Positions 7,676-16,350 of a stretch of DNA of 20,000 nucleotides are shown here, one piece after another. Origin of the DNA: Fibrobacteria bacterium. GTDB taxonomy: Bacteria; Fibrobacterota; Fibrobacteria; UBA11236. Position numbers and translations under genes: made by a program. Position 1 is the first letter of the stretch. Each line of letters opens with the position of its first letter. The stretch is from the NCBI GenBank assembly GCA_043732185.1, contig JAYTHY010000130.1, positions 1 through 20,000 on the forward strand, written 5' to 3'. A model generated the notes under the pieces. The model saw nothing but the letters and a program-made list of their open reading frames with translations. It did not search any database and was not told the DNA's origin.

Positions 7676-8676
7676 TGAAGAAAATCATCACCATACTAGG
7701 AATCATTGCCTTAGCTACTGTTGCACAGGCCAAAAAGCAAATCCACATTGGATACGTAATGGCAGGCCCGGATATTTATTACCGGACTTCCGCTGATGTC
7801 TTTACCCAACTTGGTGCAAAATTGGACTGGGATGTTTCCGTAACCAGTTCTGAATATACCGCCACAAAAGAAGTAGCGAATGTGGAAGACTTCATTGCCA
7901 AAGGCGTTGATGCCATTGTGCTGGTAACGGCAAATGCTGAAGTCGCCACTAAAAATGCTGCCAAAGCCAAGGCCGCTGGAATACCCCTTTTCATGGTGTC
8001 CGCGTTGCCCAGCAAACAGGGGTATGACTTGCCCACTGGCATTGTAAGTGGCAACTGGCAGTTAATGGGTGCCTATACGGGAAAGTATATAGCCAGCAAA
8101 TGGAAAACGCCCCGCATTGCCATGATTGAAGGCGCATATGGCCAGGGCATCGCAGAGTCGATACGCGAAGGGTTCTTGAAATCTCTGAAAGATGCAGGGG
8201 CCGAGGCCACTATTGTTTCGAAAGCTTCCGGGGGCTGGATGCGAAAAGGTGGCTTGGAAGCCGCTCAGGATATCATTGCCACCCAAAAAGAAATCGATAT
8301 TCTCTACTGCCAAAATGAGGAAATGGCTGCCGGAGCGCTGCAAGCATTCAAGGAAGCTGGTAAAAAAGGTAAGATCACGGTGTTTTCAAATAATGGCAAG
8401 GAGATGGCGTGGAAGTGGATTAAGGACGGCGAGATGGAAGCCACAGTAGCCAATGCCCCTACTGGCGAAGGAGACTTGGCCTTTCAAATGGTAGAAGCCT
8501 ACTTTGCGAAAAAGCCGTTCCCGCGTCACGTGTACATGGATATGACATTGCTCACCAAGAGCAATATCAATGCGGCCGTACCCTGGAAAATCCAAGAATA
8601 CTTCAAGAAAAAACAATCCGGTGAATTGAAGATGGATTTGTTTTCAAGAGAACCTGTTGCCGCTTTTACTGAGTAA
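7675..8676 (+). CDS. Periplasmic sugar-binding protein of an ABC transporter (RbsB/LacI-like fold)
   Basis: Cleavable signal peptide (VAQA|K) with no lipobox. Motifs VEDFIAKGVDAIV, AGIPLF and CQNEEMAAGA. Start overlaps the upstream stop (TAATG). Confidence 0.92.
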   Translation: MKKIITILGIIALATVAQAKKQIHIGYVMAGPDIYYRTSADVFTQLGAKLDWDVSVTSSEYTATKEVANVEDFIAKGVDAIVLVTANAEVATKNAAKAKAAGIPLFMVSALPSKQGYDLPTGIVSGNWQLMGAYTGKYIASKWKTPRIAMIEGAYGQGIAESIREGFLKSLKDAGAEATIVSKASGGWMRKGGLEAAQDIIATQKEIDILYCQNEEMAAGALQAFKEAGKKGKITVFSNNGKEMAWKWIKDGEMEATVANAPTGEGDLAFQMVEAYFAKKPFPRHVYMDMTLLTKSNINAAVPWKIQEYFKKKQSGELKMDLFSREPVAAFTE

Positions 8677-8688
8677 GCTGTTCATAAG

Positions 8689-8720
8689 CCTCCTTTTGCT
8701 AGGCTAATCGCAAGAGGAGG
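8689..8720 (+). promoter_or_regulatory. Intercistronic stem-loop overlapping the RBS of the ABC ATPase
   Basis: CCTCCTTTTGC (8689-8699) pairs with GCAAGAGGAGG (8710-8720): 11 bp including one G-U pair, with a 10-nt loop. The GTG start is at 8725. Confidence 0.6.
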
Positions 8721-8724
8721 AGTT

Positions 8725-10200
8725 GTGGCTGGTTCATTGTTACAGCTGAGCGGAATCAGCAAATCATTTCCTGGTGTAAAGGCATTGGACAATCTTTCCT
8801 TTGCCTTACACCGCAGCGAAGTGCATAGCCTGTGTGGCGAAAATGGCGCGGGTAAATCGACCCTGATAAAAATTCTCGCCGGCGTTCACGCTCCCGATAC
8901 TGGACAAATCTCGATTGACGGAAATGTTGTTCTAATCGATCACCCCCAGACCGCAAAAAATCTGGGCATATCCACGATTTACCAGGAAAATTCGCTCTTT
9001 CAAAACCTGAGTATTGTTGAAAATATTTTCGTCGGGCAAGAAATACGCAAGGGCAAAATATTTTGCGATCGCAATGCCATGCTCACTAAAGTAAAGGAAA
9101 TGCTCGAGGTCTTTGAACTGCATGCCTCCCCAAAAACGCTCGTAAATAAATTAGGCTCTGCAGAGCAAAAAATAATTGAAATTTTACGCGCTCTGATAAG
9201 GGAAGCTAAAATTCTTATCCTCGATGAGCCCACCGCTTCCTTCGGTAAAGCGGAAACCCGCAGATTATTTTCCGTACTGGATAAGCTGAAAAAAAATGGA
9301 TTAGGCATCATTTACATTTCCCATCATCTCGAAGAAGTCTTTGAAATTTCCGATCGAATCACTTGCCTTCGCGACGGCAAAGTCATCAGCACTTACCAAG
9401 CCCATGAAGTGGATGAAAATAAAATAATCAGGGATATGGTTGGCCGTGACGCCTCACTGTTTTATAAAAGAGAGCCCGTAAAAACAGGTGAAACAGTTTT
9501 AGAAGTAGAAAACCTTTCCGGTAACGGCGTACAGGATATTTCCTTTGAACTCAAGCAGGGGGAAATTCTTGGCATTGCCGGGATCGCGGGAGCAGGCAGA
9601 ACCGAGCTCACCGAATTGTTATTTGGTGCCAAACCTAGACAAAAGGGAGTCATCCGTAAAAACGGGGTGGAACAAGCCTTTCATCATCCAGAAGAGGCTA
9701 TTAAAAATGGCATGTGTTTGATTACGGAAGAACGAAAACTGACAGGACTGTTTTTGCATCAGGATATCACTGACAATACCGCCATCGCGCAACTCTCAAA
9801 AGATAAGCAGAAGCTAGTAGCCCGCGCATCTTTGAAAAAAGATGCGGTACGTTTTGTGGAACAATTTAAAATCAAAACCACCGGGGTTGGCAAACTGCTT
9901 GGCACGCTGAGTGGCGGGAATCAGCAAAAGGTTATTCTGGCCAAATGGTTTAAAACAAATCCTGACATCTATTTATTCGATGAGCCCACCCGGGGCATTG
10001 ATATCGGGGCTCGGGAAGATATCTATGTCATGATGGTGGAACTTTTAAAATCCGGAAAATCCATTATTATGGTTTCCTCCGACCTGCCCGAACTGACGGC
10101 GCTAAGCGACCGGATTCTGGTTATGAAAAAAGGCAAAATCAGTGGAATCCTGAGTAAAGAAGAAATATCGGAAACATCCGTAATGGAATTGGCATTATGA
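8725..10200 (+). CDS. Sugar ABC transporter ATP-binding protein (RbsA/MglA type, two NBDs)
   Basis: Walker A GENGAGKST and ILILDEPT. Second NBD has GIAGAGRTE, LSGGNQQK and LFDEPTRGID. GTG start. Confidence 0.96.
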   Translation: MAGSLLQLSGISKSFPGVKALDNLSFALHRSEVHSLCGENGAGKSTLIKILAGVHAPDTGQISIDGNVVLIDHPQTAKNLGISTIYQENSLFQNLSIVENIFVGQEIRKGKIFCDRNAMLTKVKEMLEVFELHASPKTLVNKLGSAEQKIIEILRALIREAKILILDEPTASFGKAETRRLFSVLDKLKKNGLGIIYISHHLEEVFEISDRITCLRDGKVISTYQAHEVDENKIIRDMVGRDASLFYKREPVKTGETVLEVENLSGNGVQDISFELKQGEILGIAGIAGAGRTELTELLFGAKPRQKGVIRKNGVEQAFHHPEEAIKNGMCLITEERKLTGLFLHQDITDNTAIAQLSKDKQKLVARASLKKDAVRFVEQFKIKTTGVGKLLGTLSGGNQQKVILAKWFKTNPDIYLFDEPTRGIDIGAREDIYVMMVELLKSGKSIIMVSSDLPELTALSDRILVMKKGKISGILSKEEISETSVMELAL

Positions 10201-11129
10201 AAAACATATTGGAAAGTTTGAAGCAGAACAGAACCATTCCACTTTTTCTGACAATGGTCGTTTACATAGTTGTGATCGCCATACTGGAACCCCAGTTTGT
10301 TTCCGCCTACAATATCAAAAACGTACTGCTCCAAGTTTCTGTCACGGGTATTGTTACTCTTGGGATGACCATTGTGATCATATCCGGGGGCATCGATCTT
10401 TCTGTCGGCTTTCTCATTTCTTTTGCCTGCTGCGTCATGGCCTATTTGCTGAATAAGGAAGTAGGCGAATTTTGGGTGGCTCTGACTGGTGTTGTCATGT
10501 GTGTGGCACTCCAGAGTATGGTTGGATATGTCATTTCTCGCACCAAGGTGGAGCCCTTTATCATTACGCTGGGAATGTACAGCATCTACAAGGGCGCGGC
10601 GCTTTTGACTACAGGCGGGTTTGAAATTCCGCTGGTGGATCAGTTTGAAACAATGGGCCGCAGCACCCTGCTTGGCCTGCCAACCCCGGTGTATATATTT
10701 CTGGGTCTGTGTCTAATTTTCACTTTCCTTTTCCGATACACGGTATTTGGTAGACAACTATTTGCAGTGGGTGAAAATAATGACGCGGCCTTTTTGGCTG
10801 GTATCCAGGTAAAGAATTTCAAAGTAAAAGTCTACGCCATCAATGGGTTGTTGCTGGGTTTGGCCTCCATCGTGCTACTTTCCAGAATAGGCAGTGGAAA
10901 CCCGAACATCGGTTCCGGATTGGAACTGGATTCCATTGCTGCGGCTGTGGTGGGGGGTGCCGCTTTGTCCGGCGGTAAGGGCACGGTTTTCGGGACCTTT
11001 ATTGGGGTGGTGTTTTTAGGTATTATCGGAAATTCCATGAATTTGGTAGGCGTTGAATCTTACTGGCAAAATGTGACGCTTGGCTCAATAATTTCGGTAG
11101 CCGTCATCATCAGCAGCTTAAAAAAGTAG
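10197..11129 (+). CDS. Sugar ABC transporter permease (RbsC type)
   Basis: Motifs IISGGIDLSVG, PFIITLG, FGRQLFAVGEN and ELDSIAAAVVGGAALSGGKG. Multiple TM helices. ATGA overlap with the ATPase gene. Confidence 0.96.
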   Translation: MKNILESLKQNRTIPLFLTMVVYIVVIAILEPQFVSAYNIKNVLLQVSVTGIVTLGMTIVIISGGIDLSVGFLISFACCVMAYLLNKEVGEFWVALTGVVMCVALQSMVGYVISRTKVEPFIITLGMYSIYKGAALLTTGGFEIPLVDQFETMGRSTLLGLPTPVYIFLGLCLIFTFLFRYTVFGRQLFAVGENNDAAFLAGIQVKNFKVKVYAINGLLLGLASIVLLSRIGSGNPNIGSGLELDSIAAAVVGGAALSGGKGTVFGTFIGVVFLGIIGNSMNLVGVESYWQNVTLGSIISVAVIISSLKK

Positions 11130-11247
11130 TCTTACTCGAAGAATTCGGCCTTTTGGGCCAACGGATTGCCGGAAAATTGCGGTAATAGGTGAAAGGTTGG
11201 CCAAAGATCTAGGAATGTGCTAAAAAAGATTCTTTATTTTCAAGCCT

Positions 11248-12261
11248 ATGAGGCCTTCCGCAAAATTTATCGATGGGAGTAAAATTTTCCATGCAGACGC
11301 ATGCGATCCCTTGGTAGAGGCCGCCAAAAATGGCGAAATCAAATTAGCAGCAGCCCGCAGGGGGAACTACCCTGGTGAACCTCTCCCTGATGGGGTTATG
11401 GAAGAGGTTGTGTCTATAGGCTGCTGGAACGCCTCTAAAAATCAAACTTGGGGATTGCCTTGGCACCGCAATGAGGGCATTGAATTTACCATGATTGATT
11501 TGGGCAAGGTTGCCTTTGAAGTGGAAGAACAGAAATTCCAACTCTTCCCTAACAATTTTACCATCACCCGACCTTGGCAGCGTCATCGGGTTGGCAATCC
11601 CAATATTACAGCGAACAGGTTGTATTGGGTTATCATCGATGTGGGCGTTCGGCAGCCACATACGGAATGGAAGTGGCCGGACTGGTTGCTAATGGCCCCC
11701 CAGGAACTTCAAGCCCTTACAAATATTTTGCGCGGCAATGAAAATCCGGTTTGGCAAGCCACAGCCGGAATCATCCGGTCCTTTGAAAAAATTCGAGACT
11801 TGCTTGAAAACTATAAAGCCGAGCCGAACATCAGCCGGATGAAACTGCACATCAATGAGCTCATCATGGAAACGTATGAAATGCTCAAAAAGTCTAAGCA
11901 ACCCTTGGACACATCACTTACGAATGCCCAACGGACAGTAGAACTGTTCTTAATTGATTTGTTGAATCATCTCCCTTTGGAATGGACCCTGGATTCCATG
12001 GCTAAACATTGTGGAATGGGACGCAGTCAATTCAGCAATTACACCAAAAAAATCATCAACCAATCTCCCATGAATTATTTGATTGATATACGGGTGGCGG
12101 CGGCAAAAAAGCTACTTCTAGAAAAAAAATCGTTTAATATAACGGAAATTGCGCTGGCCTGCGGATTTCAATCGGCCCAATATTTCGCCACTCAATTTCG
12201 AAAAAACACAGGCATTTCTCCGCGAGAATTCCGAAGGCTGCCACCGGCGAATATTATATAG
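11248..12261 (+). CDS. AraC-family transcriptional regulator (paralog 1)
   Basis: Cupin-like N-domain WHRNEGIEF...PWQRHR. C-terminal double HTH WTLDSMAKHCGMGRSQF...ITEIALACGFQSAQYFATQFRKNTGISPREFR. Confidence 0.93.
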   Translation: MRPSAKFIDGSKIFHADACDPLVEAAKNGEIKLAAARRGNYPGEPLPDGVMEEVVSIGCWNASKNQTWGLPWHRNEGIEFTMIDLGKVAFEVEEQKFQLFPNNFTITRPWQRHRVGNPNITANRLYWVIIDVGVRQPHTEWKWPDWLLMAPQELQALTNILRGNENPVWQATAGIIRSFEKIRDLLENYKAEPNISRMKLHINELIMETYEMLKKSKQPLDTSLTNAQRTVELFLIDLLNHLPLEWTLDSMAKHCGMGRSQFSNYTKKIINQSPMNYLIDIRVAAAKKLLLEKKSFNITEIALACGFQSAQYFATQFRKNTGISPREFRRLPPANII

Positions 12262-13288
12262 CGACCAGAACTTCCGAGGCTTTGAGATTGTGCTTCTTCC
12301 TGAACTCCATTGGAGACAGCCCTGATCGCTTGCGGAATTGGGTGGCAAAATATTGACTGGTTTGGAATCCACAAATCCCTGAAATCTCGGAAATATTCAG
12401 ATCGGATTGTTGTGCCAGTAGGGTCTTGGCGGCCTCATATCGGCATTCTGACAGGTATTGCATTGGAGTCCGGTTGGTTAGTTTTCGGCAATGCAATGTA
12501 AATTGACTTCTGGCCATCCCGCACTGACGGGCCATAATCGTCAAATCCCATTCGAAGTCCAGGTATTTTGGTAATTGTGACAGAAAGTATTTTACAGTTC
12601 TGTTGACTGTCGTCAAAGATGGATTCAGGGCGGTTTTAGACTTTCTCTGGTTTTCCAAAAGGGACAACAAAAGCTGGTTTATCTGAACCTTTAGTCGAGA
12701 CTCCAAAGCAGCGGCATCTCCCGCCTGCAAAGTGATAGCGATTTTACGGAAACACTCGCTTATTTCAATACTACTGCCCCACACTGGTTGTTCATTTCCA
12801 CGTAGGTATTCGGTAAGGCTTGCCAGGTCCGTTGGTGAGAGAATAATCCAATCCGGCCAATGCCAATCAGAATGCGGTTGTCGCACTCCAACATCCAGTA
12901 TGAGCCAATACAGGCGACTCGCGCCCACTTGTGGATCACCAACTCGATGTTTTTGCCATGGGCGGGTAACAGTCAGATTACCCGGCATCAATTCGCCTTC
13001 CCAATCATCAACTGAGAATCCCAAGCTTCCCTTTTCCAAAAAAGTGATTTCTACGCCTTCATTGCGGTGCCAATCCAGCCCCCAGGTCTGAGCCTTGCTG
13101 GCATCCCATATACCCACGGAACAGATTTCCTTTAAGCACATTTCCGGAAGACGTTTTCCGGGATACGCACCACGACCCCACGCGCATAATTCTAACTGGC
13201 GCTGATCGGCCGCAGAGGAAAGCGGCTCGCACTTGTCCGCATGGTAGACGATATTTTTTTCAATATAAATGGCAGGAGTTTCGCTCAT
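12254..13288 (-). CDS. AraC-family transcriptional regulator (paralog 2); start placed at ATG 13288 rather than 13342
   Basis: Motifs WHRNEGVEIT and ISEISGICGFQTSQYFATQFRKRSGLSPMEFR. The MSETPAIY start aligns with the paralog 1 N-terminus and has AGGA upstream. Confidence 0.9.
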   Translation of the reverse strand: MSETPAIYIEKNIVYHADKCEPLSSAADQRQLELCAWGRGAYPGKRLPEMCLKEICSVGIWDASKAQTWGLDWHRNEGVEITFLEKGSLGFSVDDWEGELMPGNLTVTRPWQKHRVGDPQVGASRLYWLILDVGVRQPHSDWHWPDWIILSPTDLASLTEYLRGNEQPVWGSSIEISECFRKIAITLQAGDAAALESRLKVQINQLLLSLLENQRKSKTALNPSLTTVNRTVKYFLSQLPKYLDFEWDLTIMARQCGMARSQFTLHCRKLTNRTPMQYLSECRYEAAKTLLAQQSDLNISEISGICGFQTSQYFATQFRKRSGLSPMEFRKKHNLKASEVLVAI

Positions 13289-13450
13289 AGTCGTGTCCTG
13301 GGCTGGATGCTCATTCCAATATAACGAACCGAGCCAAATCATGAAGGGCGTGAATGAAATTTCGCCATGGTTTTAAGGGCATTCAAACCCGATTTTAGGT
13401 TTTTAAGGGGAACTGGAGACGTGAAAATCACAGCTTCCCAGCTTTTGGAC

Positions 13451-14848
13451 TTAGAGTAGCTTGCCCTTAAGTAAAATCAGGGCAATGTTGAAATAGATGA
13501 CAATGCCAGTGACATCGATAAAAGTGGCCACAAATGGGGCGGAGGAGGTGGCCGGGTCCGCACCCAGGCGTTTGAGAATCAAGGGGAAAAGAGAGCCAAT
13601 CAATGTTCCCCAAGCAACTACAAAAATGAGTGAAAAATAAACGGTCAAGGCAATTAAAAACCAGTGATCGCCATAGGGACTGGCAAACGCATTCCAAACT
13701 ACGATGCGCAAAAGTCCTATTAGACCAAGTGCGGCACCAAGAATAAATCCGACCAGAATTTCCCTTCGAAAGACAAACCACCAATCGGCAAAGGTGACTT
13801 CGCCTAGGGCAATGGCTCGAATGACAAGGCTGGCAGCCTGTGAACCTGCATTGCCGCCCGTTGAAATGATCAATGGGATGAAGAGGGCAAGCACTACGGC
13901 CCTTGAAATTTCTTTTTCAAAAAAACTCATCGCGGTAGCCGTGAACATCTCCCCCAGAAATAAAATGGTAAGCCAGGGAGCGCGCTTGCCGACCATTTCC
14001 TTGAGAGGCGCGTTGAGATAAGGCTTATTCAAGGCCTCTACGCCGCCCTGTTTGTGAATGTCTTCCGTTGTCTCTTTTTCGGCAAGGTGGAGAATGTCAT
14101 CAATGGTAACAATGCCCAGCAGGAATCCGCCCTCGTCGCTAACTGGCAACGCTGTGCGACTGGAATACTTCTTAAAAACCTGGATGGCTTCTTCTTCCGG
14201 CTGGTAGGCGCTCAGAGTTACAAACTGACGATCCATGATGTCCACGATTTTGCGATCCAATGCCGACAAGAGCAATTTGCGGATGCTGATCTCATCCACT
14301 AGCCGTCCCTTGTCATCCACCACGTACACTTCGTTCAGGGTTTCCTTGCCCTCGCCATTTCTGCGGATGAAATCGAGCACACGCTCCACGTCCCATTCCT
14401 GCTTGATGGCCAAAAAATCCGGAGTCATCAGTCGGCCAATGCTGTCCTTGGGAAATTCCAACAGCCGCTGCGCTTCCTTTCGTTCCCGCGGCTTGAGAAA
14501 ACTCAGTAACTGACGAGTTACACTATGCGGAAGAGATTCCAGGAGTTCCGTTCGATCATCCGGATTCATCTCATTGATGATGGCTGCCACGCGCTGATTG
14601 CTTAAAGAGTTCAGTACGCTTTTTTGAACGTCGACGTCAAGCAACTCGAAAATTTCTGTCGCCTTTAATTCTGGTACCTTTTCAAAAAAGTTCGCTAGAC
14701 CCAATGGTTCCAGTTGTACCACGATTTCCGCTAAATCTTCGGCAGGCAGGGTTTCACAAATCTCTGATAAAGCTTCCATATCCCCAGTTTCCAGGGCGGA
14801 TTCCAGATCAGGATAAAGCAGCTGGGTTTGCAGTTTTCTTCCCGGCAT
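13451..14848 (-). CDS. mgtE: Magnesium transporter MgtE
   Basis: N-domain (MNPDDRTELL), a CBS pair (SIGRLMT, GIVTIDDI) and a TM domain with FIPLIISTGGNAGSQ and DPATSSAPFVATFID. Confidence 0.97.
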   Translation of the reverse strand: MPGRKLQTQLLYPDLESALETGDMEALSEICETLPAEDLAEIVVQLEPLGLANFFEKVPELKATEIFELLDVDVQKSVLNSLSNQRVAAIINEMNPDDRTELLESLPHSVTRQLLSFLKPRERKEAQRLLEFPKDSIGRLMTPDFLAIKQEWDVERVLDFIRRNGEGKETLNEVYVVDDKGRLVDEISIRKLLLSALDRKIVDIMDRQFVTLSAYQPEEEAIQVFKKYSSRTALPVSDEGGFLLGIVTIDDILHLAEKETTEDIHKQGGVEALNKPYLNAPLKEMVGKRAPWLTILFLGEMFTATAMSFFEKEISRAVVLALFIPLIISTGGNAGSQAASLVIRAIALGEVTFADWWFVFRREILVGFILGAALGLIGLLRIVVWNAFASPYGDHWFLIALTVYFSLIFVVAWGTLIGSLFPLILKRLGADPATSSAPFVATFIDVTGIVIYFNIALILLKGKLL

Positions 14849-14850
14849 GT

Positions 14851-15489
14851 TCAGACCCGTTCGAATAGCCTAAAGCGGTAGGCGATGCCTTCTTCTTCCA
14901 ATACGGGGGAGCTGGCCGTTTCATGAAAGTCTTTACCCAAATCAGCCAGAAACGTATCGCAAGTAAATTCAGTGTCGATGTCGGTGAGGTAAACTTTAGA
15001 ACAATCCGGCCGCTTGAGCGCTTCCGAAAAAATCTCACCACCTCCGGCCACAAAAACATTTTTCACCGAAGGGTTCCAGGCGAGGTCCTCAAGCGCAGAC
15101 TGCAAGGATGGCCAAACATGATGCGAGCCGTGAAAAACACCAGGGGTTATAGTGCGGCTTAAAACGCCGTTGAGACGGTCTGGCAGGGGCCGAAAGCGAG
15201 CCGGCAAAGAGTCCCAGGTCTTGCGCCCCATGAGCACTGCATTTCGAGACCCAGGATTGGGGCTGGAAAGTTCGGAGTCGGCACCGATGCGTTCTACCAA
15301 GCTCTCCCAGGTAAAATGCCGTTTGTCCTTGAATGCTTGGTCCATGCGGTAGCGCGCAGCTACTGCGATTGGATCCGGACAGGAGGTCAAGTCCTTGAAG
15401 TAACGCATGTCGCCTTTAAGCTTCCACGGTAAGGCTCCGGCTTTTCCAATGCCACCTTTTCGGTCCGCAGCAACCACCAAACTGAACAC
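14851..15489 (-). CDS. folA: Dihydrofolate reductase with a ~45-aa insertion
   Basis: Motifs GIGKAGALPW, D27 (GDMRYF), NAVLMGRKTWDSLP, RPLPDRLN, FVAGGGEIF and CDTF. GTG start directly after the thyA stop. Confidence 0.93.
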   Translation of the reverse strand: MFSLVVAADRKGGIGKAGALPWKLKGDMRYFKDLTSCPDPIAVAARYRMDQAFKDKRHFTWESLVERIGADSELSSPNPGSRNAVLMGRKTWDSLPARFRPLPDRLNGVLSRTITPGVFHGSHHVWPSLQSALEDLAWNPSVKNVFVAGGGEIFSEALKRPDCSKVYLTDIDTEFTCDTFLADLGKDFHETASSPVLEEEGIAYRFRLFERV

Positions 15490-16305
15490 TTAAACCGCCA
15501 CCGGGAATTTAATGAAAGGCTCGTGAACATAGTCGACCAATTGAAAGTCAGAAAACTCCAGATCAAAAAAAGGCTTGGCTTGGATAAGCACTTTGGGAAG
15601 GGGGTGAGGCCGACGCTGCAACTGCGTTTGCAAACCTTCGACATGATTGAGGTAAATGTGCGCGTCACCCAAAGTGTGCGTGAGTATTCCAGGTGTGAGC
15701 CCACATTCCTGCGCAAACATCATGAGCAGTAAAGCATAGCTGGCGATATTAAAGGGCACACCCAGCGCCAGGTCGGCGGATCGCTGATACATTTGCATGT
15801 CGAGTCGTCCATTGATCACGTAAAACTGGAAGAAGGCATGGCACGGAGGCAAGGCCATGCGATCGATATCGGAAACATTCCACGCGCTGACAATAATTCG
15901 GCGCGAGTCCGGATTATTCTTGATGGTGTCCAAGGCAATTTTAATTTGATCCACGGATTCACGCCGGAGCGCGCCAGTGGTGGGATCTTCAACAAACTTG
16001 GGCCATTTACGCCATTGATACCCATAAATGGGGCCTAACTCACCCTCTTCATTTGCCCAGGCATTCCAAATCGGTGTATGCTGTTTAAGGCCATCATTGA
16101 TATTAGTCGAGCCCTTTAAAAACCATAGGAGCTCTCGGAGTGCGCCGTCAAAGAGCGTCTTTTTGGTGGTGACCAACGGAAATCCATTGCGCAAATCGTA
16201 TTTAGCATGCAGGCCGAATAACGATATCGTCCCGGTTCCGGTTCGGTCTTGTTTCTTGTCCCCGTTTTCGAGAACATGGCGGACTAAGTCCAGATATTGC
16301 TGCAT
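15490..16305 (-). CDS. thyA: Thymidylate synthase
   Basis: Motifs [34 protein letters not shown], catalytic LPPCH, YQRSAD, PFNIASY and DAHIYLNH. Confidence 0.98.
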   Translation of the reverse strand: MQQYLDLVRHVLENGDKKQDRTGTGTISLFGLHAKYDLRNGFPLVTTKKTLFDGALRELLWFLKGSTNINDGLKQHTPIWNAWANEEGELGPIYGYQWRKWPKFVEDPTTGALRRESVDQIKIALDTIKNNPDSRRIIVSAWNVSDIDRMALPPCHAFFQFYVINGRLDMQMYQRSADLALGVPFNIASYALLLMMFAQECGLTPGILTHTLGDAHIYLNHVEGLQTQLQRRPHPLPKVLIQAKPFFDLEFSDFQLVDYVHEPFIKFPVAV

Positions 16306-16350
16306 GTTGTACCGGGTGGGAAAGGTACAAAAAGGCCTTAAGGCTGGAAT

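Noticed and set aside
7675..11129. Naming the transporter rbsBAC (ribose)
   Set aside because: Similarity is only at family level. There is no rbsK/rbsD, and the substrate cannot be read from the sequence.
13289..13342. Longer N-terminus for AraC paralog 2 (start 13342)
   Set aside because: The paralog alignment and an RBS-like AGGA favour ATG 13288.
14851..15489. Mobile dfr trimethoprim-resistance gene
   Set aside because: It sits in a housekeeping thyA-folA-mgtE context with no integron or IS features nearby.
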